NCBI GenBank assembly: GCA_938003955.1
Contig: CALKXE010000021.1
Coordinates: 11,895-35,894 of the forward strand
Source of the DNA: an uncultured Saprospiraceae bacterium
Lineage (GTDB): Bacteria; Bacteroidota; Bacteroidia; Chitinophagales; Saprospiraceae
Reading direction: 5' to 3'
DNA length: 24,000 nt
Position 1 is the first letter of the stretch. Every line of letters begins with the position of its first letter. The notes below the pieces were generated by a model, which made no database searches, was not told the origin of the DNA, and saw only the letters and a list, made by a program, of their open reading frames with translations. Positions 10,013 through 18,879 of the stretch are shown piece by piece. Made by a program: the position numbers and the translations under genes.

Positions 10013-11448
10013 AGGATTATAACAAGCAGCAGCTAGAGCGACTCCGAGAGCATAAGATAGCATTCGATCAAGAGGCTATGTGGGCCGCTATGCAAAAGAA
10101 GAAAAAGAGAAGAGGCGCGCTCTACTTTTTTACTATGGCTTTGGTGGCTCTGGCCATAGTATTTTTTACTTGTTTCCTTTTCTCCAGGTATAATGGAGAA
10201 AATTCCAACTATAGTGGAGAAAATTCTAGATACGATGGAGAAAACTCCAGCTATAATGGAGAAAATTCCAGTAACATTGGAGAAAACATAAGCGAGGAAA
10301 AGCTCTCAAATTTATCAAAAAATGAAAATGAAAAAAAATCAAGTGAAATAACAAAAGTGAATTTAGATGACAATAAAGTGGACACCTTAGAAAGTACTCT
10401 TGAAGACTCTAGTAAAAACAATGAATCTAAGGCGTCTACAACTAAATTCCAATCCTCAATAAATGAAAATATAGACATTAAAAAGGCTGATAATTTTAGT
10501 AGTAGAAGTTCTTTAAAAAGGACGTTGGCAAATATCTATGATTCAAATATAGAAGACAGGATAACTAGTACTGTAGGTCGATTTTCAGAATCACAAAATC
10601 AGAACAGTAACACCCAATTACCAGAAATTACTAAGGCATTAAACAACTCGAATATTGAGTCTTCTAAATCTAATCCTGACAACCTCATCAGTATACGACC
10701 TCTAAAAATCCATGAGTTTCCTTTTTTGGAATCTTTAAGAGACTTAAAAATAGACTTGAGTGAACCCGATATGACACCTCCTTCTATCACAGAAGTTATC
10801 AAAGAACCGAAAAGTAGGTTCCACATCGGTGCATACGGCGGTGTTGGTTATCTATTCCGTCAATATAGTAATGGAGTTGATACCTCTAGTCTAAATAGTG
10901 AGACGTTAGAAGAAGTTTCAATTGGTCTAGAGTTAAAATATCAATTAACGCCAAATTTCTTTGTTAGATCTGGTGTAGAATATTGGCATGCTACAGAAAG
11001 ACAAGAGAATTCATCCTATAGCATAATAAATACAAATGACTTAGAAAGTTTCGTTCCAGGAATGGAAGAAGGAATACAAATAACAACTACTTACTCCAAA
11101 GTTCACTCTATCTATCAATCCTATAATATACCAGTAGTTCTAGGATGGAATACCAATAATGATAAATGGAATCTATTCGCAGAAGCTGGCCTGTTATATA
11201 ATTTTAAAACAGAAAGAAGAAGGGATGAAACACTTGTAAGTCCAGAAGAAAATATATTTGAAGTAGGTTCTCAAAATCAAATATCTCCTATTGCGGGTAT
11301 TGGAATGTCCTTTAGTCTGACCAATAAATTTGAGTTGTTTGCTAGAACTAACTGGAGAGGAAGTCAAAATGTAACGTTAAATGAATCTCAGCAAACACTA
11401 AAATATGGTGCAATTAGAACTCAGCTTGGAGTGAGAATAGGAATATAA
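10003..11448 (+). CDS. Single-pass membrane protein coupled to the ECF sigma: putative non-canonical anti-sigma/sensor with a C-terminal 8-strand beta-barrel-like domain
   Basis: Its ATG overlaps the sigma stop codon (ATGGGTGTAG). One TM helix (ALYFFTMALVALAIVFFTCFLF), then a Ser/Asn/Glu-rich linker of about 210 aa. The last 210 aa show eight amphipathic strands (FHIGAYGGVGY ... IRTQLGVRIGI) resembling porin-family OMP_b-brl_2 proteins. Confidence 0.5.
   Translation: MGVEDYNKQQLERLREHKIAFDQEAMWAAMQKKKKRRGALYFFTMALVALAIVFFTCFLFSRYNGENSNYSGENSRYDGENSSYNGENSSNIGENISEEKLSNLSKNENEKKSSEITKVNLDDNKVDTLESTLEDSSKNNESKASTTKFQSSINENIDIKKADNFSSRSSLKRTLANIYDSNIEDRITSTVGRFSESQNQNSNTQLPEITKALNNSNIESSKSNPDNLISIRPLKIHEFPFLESLRDLKIDLSEPDMTPPSITEVIKEPKSRFHIGAYGGVGYLFRQYSNGVDTSSLNSETLEEVSIGLELKYQLTPNFFVRSGVEYWHATERQENSSYSIINTNDLESFVPGMEEGIQITTTYSKVHSIYQSYNIPVVLGWNTNNDKWNLFAEAGLLYNFKTERRRDETLVSPEENIFEVGSQNQISPIAGIGMSFSLTNKFELFARTNWRGSQNVTLNESQQTLKYGAIRTQLGVRIGI
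10189..10293 (+). repeat. In-frame 21-bp tandem repeat, about 4.5 units (heptad Y-x-G-E-N-S-x)
   Basis: TATAATGGAGAAAATTCCAAC / TATAGTGGAGAAAATTCTAGA / TACGATGGAGAAAACTCCAGC / TATAATGGAGAAAATTCCAGT / AACATTGGAGAAAACATAAGC. Encodes YNGENSN YSGENSR YDGENSS YNGENSS NIGENIS immediately after the TM helix. Confidence 0.9.
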
Positions 11449-11451
11449 ATT

Positions 11452-11514
11452 TTCTAAAAAGAATTAAAAATGGGAACTAAAAAAATGAGTTCCCATTTTT
11501 AATTCTTTTTAGAA
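11452..11514. terminator. Bidirectional rho-independent terminator (27-bp perfect inverted repeat, 9-nt loop)
   Basis: TTCTAAAAAGAATTAAAAATGGGAACT (11452-11478) and AGTTCCCATTTTTAATTCTTTTTAGAA (11488-11514) are exact reverse complements. The GGGAACT/AGTTCCC core is followed by T-runs and starts 4 bp after the stop codon. Confidence 0.7.
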
Positions 11515-11682
11515 GGTCGTTATCAATTCTCTTAACATATACCAAACCCTTTGCAGAATAATGCTTTGATGGCTAAATTTATAATAAAATTATATATTAC
11601 ATCACGCCGCTTTTAACACTTTTAAGACGTTTTTAACCCATACTGTCTTGTACAGTTGGAGAAAAGTTGCTACTTTTAAATT

Positions 11683-12240
11683 ATGGAACACACGATTGAT
11701 ATAAACCATGGCGAAGAATCCTTCATCCAAGCATGCTTGGCAAACGAAGAATGGGCGCTAAAGGCAATATACAATGAGTATTACCCTACAATGCTTCCTG
11801 TATGCCTCCGTTACGCCAACAATTACGACGATGCTCTCGATATATTACATGAGGGTTTTATTAAAGTATTCAGACACATCTCCAAGTACAAAGCAGGTAC
11901 TTCATTGGGCTCCTGGATCCGACGAATAATGATTAATACATCTATTGATTATTATAGAAAGGTCAAAAGAAGGAGAACCGAAAATCTTGACACCGCATAC
12001 GGACAATGCATAAAGGGTGCAGATGCTGTTTCCGATCTTACAACACAAGAGATCATGAAAGCACTACAGCAACTAACTCCTGCATATAGATCTGTATTCA
12101 ATCTATATGTTATCGAGGGTTTTTCTCACAAGGAAGTGGGATCAATGCTAGGTATCACAGAAAGTACCTCAAGATCAAATCTAGTGAAGTCAAGAACTAA
12201 ACTAAAAGCAATTTTACTTGCCCAAGATTTTGTGAGATAA
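11683..12240 (+). CDS. ECF-type RNA polymerase sigma-70 family factor (module 2, paralog of 9464..10012)
   Basis: 185 aa. Region 2 (DILHEGFIKVFRHISKY...GSWIRRIMINTSIDYYR) and region 4 (YRSVFNLYVIEGFSHKEVGSMLGITESTSRSNLVKSRTK), alignable by eye with module 1. Confidence 0.85.
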   Translation: MEHTIDINHGEESFIQACLANEEWALKAIYNEYYPTMLPVCLRYANNYDDALDILHEGFIKVFRHISKYKAGTSLGSWIRRIMINTSIDYYRKVKRRRTENLDTAYGQCIKGADAVSDLTTQEIMKALQQLTPAYRSVFNLYVIEGFSHKEVGSMLGITESTSRSNLVKSRTKLKAILLAQDFVR

Positions 12241-13752
12241 ATGGATAATAAGGAATTTGACGACATAATAAGGGAGAAACTAGAATCACTGAACAGTGAA
12301 AGCGCAACCAATGGTTGGGATATGTTTAGAGAGAAATGGGAACAAAGTTCTCCTGCTTCTGATATTGTTGATTCAAATGTCCAAGAAGATATTCAAGCGG
12401 ATGAACTCTTTGATGCTAAGCTAAAGCAAAATATGAGAGGACTTAGAATGCCTTTTAATTCCGCACACTGGGTTAGGCTCAAAGCTCAACTCGAAGCTGA
12501 AGCACTATTCAAAAAAAGACTTTTTGTTGCCAAAACAGTTGAAATATTGATGTTGGCTTTGATTGTAGTAGGTATACTTAATCTAATGCCTATACAAAAT
12601 GAAATATCTCAAATCCCTGTATTCGATGTTCCAATGGTCGATGCAATACAAGTAGATAAGGCCACTGCTGAAAAATATAAGCAAGAATCAATTCAAAAAT
12701 CAAAAGAACGAAGCTTAAGTACTGATAGAGTCATTAATAAATTGGCAAACTTAAATGTTGTATCTCTATTTAAAGAGGACGATATTAAATCTACAGAGGA
12801 TCAGAAATTTGAAGCTAAGAAAACAAAAATACAACCTGCTTTAGACCCAAATATGGGATTACTTTTTCCTTTTTTACTTGATTCTAATCAGAGCGAAATA
12901 TTTATTGATAATCAAGACAATCATAAAGATCAATATAAAAGTATAACGACAGTATTGCAAGAAGACATATCAGAATTAATGCTACCTAGTCGCCCTATCG
13001 GGTTTCCAGATATTACATTAGGAACAATAAAGAATAAGTCAATTGAAAAATCTTACCTAAGTTTAGCTATAGGACCAAAGGTAAATCTTGTTAATTCTCC
13101 TTTTGATCCTGTTTATAAGATTGATCCTTATAATACTTTGAATACAAACTTTAATATTTCTGCCAAACTGCATAAAGAACTTGGACCAGTAGAGCTCTAT
13201 GTAGGATTAGGATACAATAAAACTTCTTACGAGCCGCTAATAGTCGAAGAATTATATAAAAATCAAAACCAACAGTATAGCCAAGCCAGTCTTGAGAACA
13301 TAGGATTCAATACATTTAATGTACCTGTTGGTGTAAAATATAACTTACTAGATCAAGACAGCTATCAATTGTATGCTTCTGCTGGTGTAGATGTCAATCT
13401 TATTGCTCAGGCTGAATATGAAGTTTATGATCTCCCTGCTACCGGTGCAAGAGCAGATGTAGTTTCTGGCAATAAACCATCGCTAAATAGTGGCAAACCA
13501 GAGATAAATCAAAGAGCTCTACTTAGCCAAAAAGAGTTCAAAAACGGAATCTTAAATGGTGGCTCTCTTCGAGATAATTTATTTGCAACAGCTAGTGTCG
13601 GTGTAGGCTTGATTAAAAACGTATCTGAAAGCACCAGTTTATTTATAGAGCCAAAGTATAGCCATTTTATTTCCTCACAAGGGTTAGGTCCAAATCTAGA
13701 TAAGGTACATGCAGTATCTATAGACTTCGGTGTTCGATATCAGTTGAATTAA
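12241..13752 (+). CDS. Single-pass membrane protein coupled to the ECF sigma (module 2): putative anti-sigma/sensor with a C-terminal 8-strand beta-barrel-like domain
   Basis: Its ATG directly abuts the sigma TAA (TAAATG). N-terminus FDDIIREKLESL...NGWDMF, TM helix (VEILMLALIVVGILNLM), long polar linker. C-terminal amphipathic strands run from YLSLAIGPKVNLV to HAVSIDFGVRYQLN. Confidence 0.5.
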   Translation: MDNKEFDDIIREKLESLNSESATNGWDMFREKWEQSSPASDIVDSNVQEDIQADELFDAKLKQNMRGLRMPFNSAHWVRLKAQLEAEALFKKRLFVAKTVEILMLALIVVGILNLMPIQNEISQIPVFDVPMVDAIQVDKATAEKYKQESIQKSKERSLSTDRVINKLANLNVVSLFKEDDIKSTEDQKFEAKKTKIQPALDPNMGLLFPFLLDSNQSEIFIDNQDNHKDQYKSITTVLQEDISELMLPSRPIGFPDITLGTIKNKSIEKSYLSLAIGPKVNLVNSPFDPVYKIDPYNTLNTNFNISAKLHKELGPVELYVGLGYNKTSYEPLIVEELYKNQNQQYSQASLENIGFNTFNVPVGVKYNLLDQDSYQLYASAGVDVNLIAQAEYEVYDLPATGARADVVSGNKPSLNSGKPEINQRALLSQKEFKNGILNGGSLRDNLFATASVGVGLIKNVSESTSLFIEPKYSHFISSQGLGPNLDKVHAVSIDFGVRYQLN

Positions 13753-13799
13753 AACTACTCAGTCCAACATTATTCATTAAATCATCATCTGTTTAATTG

Positions 13800-13830
13800 A
13801 TTTTCGACTTGAAACTTTCAAGTCGAAAAT
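13800..13830 (+). terminator. Hairpin downstream of module 2 (possible terminator)
   Basis: ATTTTCGACTTGAAA-C-TTTCAAGTCGAAAAT is a near-perfect palindrome. No clear downstream T-tract, so terminator function is uncertain. Confidence 0.4.
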
Positions 13831-13894
13831 ACAGCTAATTACCTGCGCAACGACAAGCAAATAATAAATACATCGTCTATTGTTGATTTTTAAC

Positions 13895-13902
13895 TAATTT
13901 TG
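13895..13902 (+). promoter_or_regulatory. Bacteroidota-type -7 promoter box (TAnnTTTG)
   Basis: TAATTTTG lies 19 bp upstream of the ATG at 13921. No convincing -33 element found. Confidence 0.3.
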
Positions 13903-13920
13903 CGGCTTAATTAGGAATGT

Positions 13921-14490
13921 ATGATCAGTTGGATTTTTAGACTAATTTTCAAAATGTGGGGTTGGAAGAAAGTAGGTGAAATTCCTAATCATATTCCGAA
14001 AAAGCTCTACGTAGTTATGCCACATACCTCTAACTGGGATTTTCCGGTAGGTATTTGCCTGAAGTTTGCATTCAAAATGGAAGTAGGCTTCATTGCTAAA
14101 GCATCTTTATTCAAGTTTCCTTACGCTTGGTTCTTTAAGTCATTAGGAGGAATACCCGTCAATCGAAAGAAGACTCAAGGGTTCAAAGAGGCAGTTGTTG
14201 AAATGATTAATTCTAGAGAACGATTCTGTACGTCCATTGCACCAGAAGGTAGAAGAGGTAAAGTGGAAAAACTAAAAACAGGATTTTATCATATCTCAAA
14301 AGCAGCTAACATTCCGATTGTATACGTAAAGTTTGACTGGGGTCAAAAGACTGTCGAATTCAGTGAGCCTAGAATGGTCGCAGATACTGTATCAGAAGAA
14401 CTAGCATATGCTGCTGAGCATTTCAAAAATACTGTAGGTTATGTTCCTGAAAAAAGCTTTGGATATCCGTTTAAACAAAAGGTTACTTGA
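13921..14490 (+). CDS. Lysophospholipid (1-acyl-sn-glycerol-3-phosphate-type) acyltransferase, PlsC family
   Basis: 189 aa. HX4D catalytic motif (HTSNWD) and the PEG-R block (IAPEGRRG) typical of the PlsC/LPLAT family. Confidence 0.75.
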   Translation: MISWIFRLIFKMWGWKKVGEIPNHIPKKLYVVMPHTSNWDFPVGICLKFAFKMEVGFIAKASLFKFPYAWFFKSLGGIPVNRKKTQGFKEAVVEMINSRERFCTSIAPEGRRGKVEKLKTGFYHISKAANIPIVYVKFDWGQKTVEFSEPRMVADTVSEELAYAAEHFKNTVGYVPEKSFGYPFKQKVT

Positions 14491-14610
14491 TAAATTATAT
14501 TGAGTAATCATTACCTGTTTAAGTTACTTTTTATCATTATACATACTCGTTTGGTTCCTCCTAATGAAGCGATTTAAAAAATCACTTAAATTGATGAAAC
14601 CAAAAATTCA

Positions 14611-14618
14611 TACATTTG
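14611..14618 (+). promoter_or_regulatory. Bacteroidota-type -7 promoter box (TAnnTTTG) for prfC
   Basis: TACATTTG lies 22 bp upstream of the ATG at 14641. A possible -33-like TTG sits at 14591-14593. Confidence 0.35.
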
Positions 14619-14640
14619 CCCTTTCAAATACGCAGCACTC

Positions 14641-16221
14641 ATGAGCAGAATCAAAGAACTAGAACGTAGACGAACATTTGGTATCGTTTCTCACCCAGAT
14701 GCAGGTAAGACTACTCTAACAGAGAAGCTACTATTGTTTGGTGGAGCTATCCAATCTGCAGGTGCTGTAAAGTCGAATAAAATAAAGAAACACGCTACTT
14801 CTGATTTCATGGAGATCGAGAAGCAAAGAGGAATCTCAGTTGCAACTTCTGTTATGGCATTCGAATATCGAGACAGAAAGGTCAATATCTTAGATACACC
14901 TGGTCACAAAGATTTTGCGGAAGATACGTTTAGAACCCTTACAGCTGTCGATAGTGTGATCGTTGTGATTGATGTTGCAAAAGGTGTAGAGGCTCAAACA
15001 GAAAAGCTGGTAGAGGTCTGCCGCATGAGAAAGACGCCAATAATCGTATTCATCAACAAGATGGATAGAGAAGGTAAAGACGGCTTCGATTTACTGGATG
15101 AAATAGAAAATAAACTGAAATTGAAAGTTGTGCCTCTTTCTTGGCCGGCGGGAATGGGCCAAAGGTTCAAAGGGGTATATAATAAGTATAAAGAAGATTT
15201 AGTCTTATTCAATCCACATGGAAAACAATCAGAGGATGTGGTCAAGATAAACGATCTAAACGATCCAATTCTAGATGAAAAAATAGGAGAGTCTCTTGCC
15301 AATGAACTGAGAGAAGAAGTAAATGTAATAGAAGAAGTATATCCAGATTTCGATAGAGACGCATACCTAAATGGTGATCAATCTCCTGTGTTTTTTGGTA
15401 GTGCTGTCAATAATTTTGGAGTAAAGGAGCTTCTTGACTGCTTCGTAGAGATAGCGCCATCGCCTCTACCGAGAGAAACAGAAGAAAGAATGGTAAAACC
15501 AGAAGAAGAAGATTTTACTGGTTTCATTTTTAAGATTCATGCAAATATGGATCCTAAACATAGAGATAGGATTGCGTTTATGAGAATTTGTTCCGGACTA
15601 TTTGAGCGGAACACAAACTATCTACATATTCGTAAGGAGAAAAAAATTAAATTCTCTAACCCTACAGCCTTCATGGCTGAGAAAAAAGAAGTAGTAGACA
15701 TGGCCTATCCTGGAGATATAGTCGGTTTATATGATAGTGGAAACTTCAAGATCGGTGATACACTGACTGAAGGAGAAAAACTACACTTCAAAGGAATACC
15801 GTCCTTCTCACCAGAACAATTTAGATTTGTCAATAATAGTGATCCGCTTAAGACTAAGCAATTGGCAAAAGGTCTAGTTCAATTAATGGATGAAGGTGTT
15901 GCTCAGTTATTCACGAAACAAGATAATGGTCGTAAGATTATAGGTACTGTAGGAGCACTTCAGTTTGATGTAATCCAGTATAGACTTAAGCACGAATATG
16001 GTGCTTCATGTGATTACGAGCCGATCAATCTCCATAAAGCTTGCTGGATTAAATGTGATGATCCAGTCGCTTATAAAGAATTTATCTCCAAGAGAAAAAG
16101 AGACCTTGCCCATGATAAAGATGGCAAAGTCGTAATGTTGGCGGAGTCTTCTTGGGCACTAAAAATGGCACAAGACAACCACCCTAAAGTAGAGTTCTTA
16201 TTTACTTCGGAGGTCGATTAA
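14641..16221 (+). CDS. prfC: Peptide chain release factor 3 (translational GTPase)
   Basis: 526 aa. [29 protein letters not shown] (G1), DTPGHKDF (G3) and NKMD (G4), with typical RF3 length and layout. Confidence 0.95.
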   Translation: MSRIKELERRRTFGIVSHPDAGKTTLTEKLLLFGGAIQSAGAVKSNKIKKHATSDFMEIEKQRGISVATSVMAFEYRDRKVNILDTPGHKDFAEDTFRTLTAVDSVIVVIDVAKGVEAQTEKLVEVCRMRKTPIIVFINKMDREGKDGFDLLDEIENKLKLKVVPLSWPAGMGQRFKGVYNKYKEDLVLFNPHGKQSEDVVKINDLNDPILDEKIGESLANELREEVNVIEEVYPDFDRDAYLNGDQSPVFFGSAVNNFGVKELLDCFVEIAPSPLPRETEERMVKPEEEDFTGFIFKIHANMDPKHRDRIAFMRICSGLFERNTNYLHIRKEKKIKFSNPTAFMAEKKEVVDMAYPGDIVGLYDSGNFKIGDTLTEGEKLHFKGIPSFSPEQFRFVNNSDPLKTKQLAKGLVQLMDEGVAQLFTKQDNGRKIIGTVGALQFDVIQYRLKHEYGASCDYEPINLHKACWIKCDDPVAYKEFISKRKRDLAHDKDGKVVMLAESSWALKMAQDNHPKVEFLFTSEVD

Positions 16222-16261
16222 TAGACAGTTAAGATTTGAATAGTACATGCTACTTAACTTC

Positions 16262-16283
16262 ATAGCCTTATTAAAAAGGCTAT
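16262..16283 (+). terminator. Weak hairpin after prfC
   Basis: ATAGCCTT-attaaa-AAGGCTAT, an 8-bp stem 41 bp after the stop codon with no strong T-tract. Confidence 0.3.
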
Positions 16284-16454
16284 TGAAATAATGTGCTCTT
16301 TTGCAAAAGGGTCTAGAATCCTAATTTCGACCATCAAATAAGCCTCTTCGTCTAAGAAAAAGTAATAACAACTGCACTTGTTGAATCATTATTGATGTTT
16401 GTTCTGTTAAGAAGTGTATATTGAAGTAATAATTATCAACCTAAAAATAAACGA

Positions 16455-17297
16455 ATGTCATTTAATAGAAACGAAAAAATACAACCACCAGCAAATCTTA
16501 GTAGATACCTCATTTTTGGTGTTATTGGTCTCTTCCTTTTTATATCATTAACTAACACTACATTTTTAACGATCAAGTCTGGACAAAAAGGAGTTTTGTT
16601 TAAGCAGTTCGGAGGTGGTCTAGATAAAGAGACTATATATGGACAAGGATTCCAAGTAGTAATGCCATGGAACACAATGTTTATCTATGATGTAAAGACA
16701 AATGAAGCATTTGAAGAAATGGAAGTGCTCTCTAAAAATGGTCTTAATATCAATATAGAATTATCATATAGATATTCTCCCGTCCCTAACAAAATAGGAT
16801 TTCTACATGATCAAATTGGTGTAGATTATAAAACTAGAATTATACAACCAGAGATTAGATCTGCAACCAGAGAAGTAATAGGTCAGTATAATCCTGAAGA
16901 ACTATACTCAACTAAAAGAGAGGCTATACAACTTGAGATCTACGATAAAACTAAAGCAAAGTGTGCTGAAAAATATATCATCTTAGATGCGATACTTATT
17001 AGATCAGTAACATTACCGGATAACCTAAGAACTGCAATCGAGAAGAAACTAGAAGAAGAGCAGCTTTCTCTTCAGTACAAGTTTAAGATCGATAGAGAAA
17101 GACAAGAAGGAGAAAGAAGAATTATTGAAGCACAAGCAAAAGCAGATGCCAACAAAATTCTGAATGCTTCTCTTACTGACAAGATCCTTAGGGATAAAGG
17201 TATAGAAGCAACACTTACTTTAGCTGCATCACCTAATGCTAAGGTTGTAGTAGTTGGAGGTGGTGGTGACGGACTACCATTGATTTTGAATAATTAA
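16455..17297 (+). CDS. SPFH/Band 7 (prohibitin/HflC-like) membrane protein
   Basis: 280 aa. N-terminal TM anchor, an SPFH core (GVLFKQFGG...VMPWNTMFIYDV...IRSATREVIGQY) and a coiled-coil EEEQLSLQ...AQAKADANK tail. Confidence 0.85.
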   Translation: MSFNRNEKIQPPANLSRYLIFGVIGLFLFISLTNTTFLTIKSGQKGVLFKQFGGGLDKETIYGQGFQVVMPWNTMFIYDVKTNEAFEEMEVLSKNGLNINIELSYRYSPVPNKIGFLHDQIGVDYKTRIIQPEIRSATREVIGQYNPEELYSTKREAIQLEIYDKTKAKCAEKYIILDAILIRSVTLPDNLRTAIEKKLEEEQLSLQYKFKIDRERQEGERRIIEAQAKADANKILNASLTDKILRDKGIEATLTLAASPNAKVVVVGGGGDGLPLILNN

Positions 17298-17341
17298 TTT
17301 ACTAATCGTTCTAATACTCAAAACTGAACGTTCAAAATACG

Positions 17342-17375
17342 AAGCCTGATAGATTAATTTTTGTCAGGCTTTTTC
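17342..17375 (+). terminator. Rho-independent terminator after the SPFH gene
   Basis: AAGCCTGA (17342-17349) pairs with TCAGGCTT (17364-17371), followed by a TTTT run. Confidence 0.65.
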
Positions 17376-17494
17376 ATTTTTGTTATTTCATTTTATACCA
17401 ATATATCTAACAAGCCTAATTCGAATAATTTATTAGTTGGTTGATAATATTGATTCTTGTTCTTATATTTAGGTAACCAATTACAAATTACATC

Positions 17495-18781
17495 ATGCTG
17501 ACACCAATTATCAGAGAAGATCTGCTCTACTACCTGTGGAAAACAAAGGCTTTTGACATGTCCAATCTCATTACCGAGGATGGTCAACCGATCGAAATCT
17601 TAGAATTTGGAAATCAAAATTACGATGCAGGGCCTGACTTCAGCAATGGAAAAGTAAAAATTGGAAACACCATCTGGGCAGGGAATATCGAAATGCATGT
17701 ATATTCTAGTGACTGGGAAAGGCACAGCCATGATCTTGATAAAGCATACGATAATGTGATTCTACATGTAGTGTACGAGCATGATAGAGAAGTATACACC
17801 ACTACGGAACAGTTTATCCCTTGTCTAGAACTTAAAAATAGAATCCCAGCAGAGCTCAAACAAAACTACGCTCAACTGATATCAAATAATAGCTGGATAC
17901 CTTGTGAAAGCCAACTTCCGAATGTCCAAGAACATACAGTCACTTTTTGGTTACAGAGATTAGTAGCTGAACGCTTAGAGTCCAAGACAGAATACCTAAA
18001 ATCAATTCTAGAAAGTACTAATAATGATTGGGAAGAGACCATGTATATATTTCTTATGAGATATATGGGTGCACGCGTCAATATGGATCCATTCGAATCA
18101 CTGGCAAAGAATCTTCCATTATCCATTCTGCAAAAGAATAAAGATGATCTGCAAAAAATAGAAGCATTACTTTACGGTCAAGCAGGAATGCTCCTTGCCA
18201 CTCATGCTGATGACAAATACTACAATGGCCTAAAATCAGAATACCAATTCCTATCAAAAAAATATCAGCTCAAAAATATACCACCTGTCTCTTGGAAATT
18301 TGCGAGAATGCGACCAGCAGGATTTCCAACAATTCGATTGGCTCAAATGGCTCAGATATTTTATAATACAGAACATCTATTTTCTCAAATATTGGAAGCG
18401 AAAAATACAAAGTCTATTAAGCGGTTATTCCAAGCTACACCTTCAGATTATTGGGAATACCACTACCGATTTGCGACTGATTCTATCTATAAAGAAAAGC
18501 AAATAGGCGACGGGTTTATCGATCTTATCATCATCAATGTGGTTAGCCCAATCCTATTCCTCTATGGTAAATCAATAGACAATGAAGAATATTGTGACAG
18601 AGCCATACAGCATCTCGAATCACTCAAGCCAGAAAAGAATAAGATCATAACCAATTATAAAGCGCTAGGTGTCAAGGCATGTTCCGCGGCAGATTCACAG
18701 GGCCTACTACAGCTCAAAAAAGCGTATTGCGATCCAAAACTGTGCCTTTCTTGCAGCATTGGAAATAAGCTAATTGGGTAA
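17495..18781 (+). CDS. DUF2851-family protein (function unknown)
   Basis: 428 aa. The N-terminus REDLLYYLWKTKAF matches my recollection of the conserved DUF2851 start. C-terminal Cys cluster CDPKLCLSC. Family name is from recall only. Confidence 0.55.
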   Translation: MLTPIIREDLLYYLWKTKAFDMSNLITEDGQPIEILEFGNQNYDAGPDFSNGKVKIGNTIWAGNIEMHVYSSDWERHSHDLDKAYDNVILHVVYEHDREVYTTTEQFIPCLELKNRIPAELKQNYAQLISNNSWIPCESQLPNVQEHTVTFWLQRLVAERLESKTEYLKSILESTNNDWEETMYIFLMRYMGARVNMDPFESLAKNLPLSILQKNKDDLQKIEALLYGQAGMLLATHADDKYYNGLKSEYQFLSKKYQLKNIPPVSWKFARMRPAGFPTIRLAQMAQIFYNTEHLFSQILEAKNTKSIKRLFQATPSDYWEYHYRFATDSIYKEKQIGDGFIDLIIINVVSPILFLYGKSIDNEEYCDRAIQHLESLKPEKNKIITNYKALGVKACSAADSQGLLQLKKAYCDPKLCLSCSIGNKLIG

Positions 18782-18826
18782 GTTTATCTGCATTTCAATT
18801 TATTCAACAAAATAAACGTGTTTTTA

Positions 18827-18858
18827 TTTGCGTCTTAATGACACATATACTATATTTG
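18827..18858 (+). promoter_or_regulatory. Bacteroidota sigma-A-type promoter (-33 TTTG, -7 TATATTTG) for the NAD operon
   Basis: TTTG at 18827-18830 and TATATTTG at 18851-18858, with 20-bp spacing. The -7 box lies 22 bp upstream of the ATG at 18880. Confidence 0.45.
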
Positions 18859-18879
18859 TGTTAATCAAACGCAAAAAAC

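Noticed and set aside
10189-10293. Possible CRISPR-like or intergenic repeat array
   Set aside because: The units are contiguous with no spacers, 21 bp long, in frame, and lie inside a long ORF. It is a coding tandem repeat, not CRISPR. No CRISPR array or cas gene is present anywhere in the window.
16222-16454. 233-bp prfC-to-SPFH spacer as a possible small RNA or riboswitch
   Set aside because: Only a short AT-rich hairpin and a 12-bp palindrome (CTTTTGCAAAAG) are visible. There is no extended conserved-looking structure or known riboswitch core, so the evidence is insufficient.
16436-16675. 79-aa minus-strand ORF overlapping the SPFH gene start
   Set aside because: It overlaps the well-supported prohibitin-family CDS on the opposite strand and has no motif support.
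17393-17587. 64-aa minus-strand ORF across the DUF2851 start region
   Set aside because: It overlaps the DUF2851 N-terminus (the conserved LLYYLWK block) on the other strand and is likely spurious.
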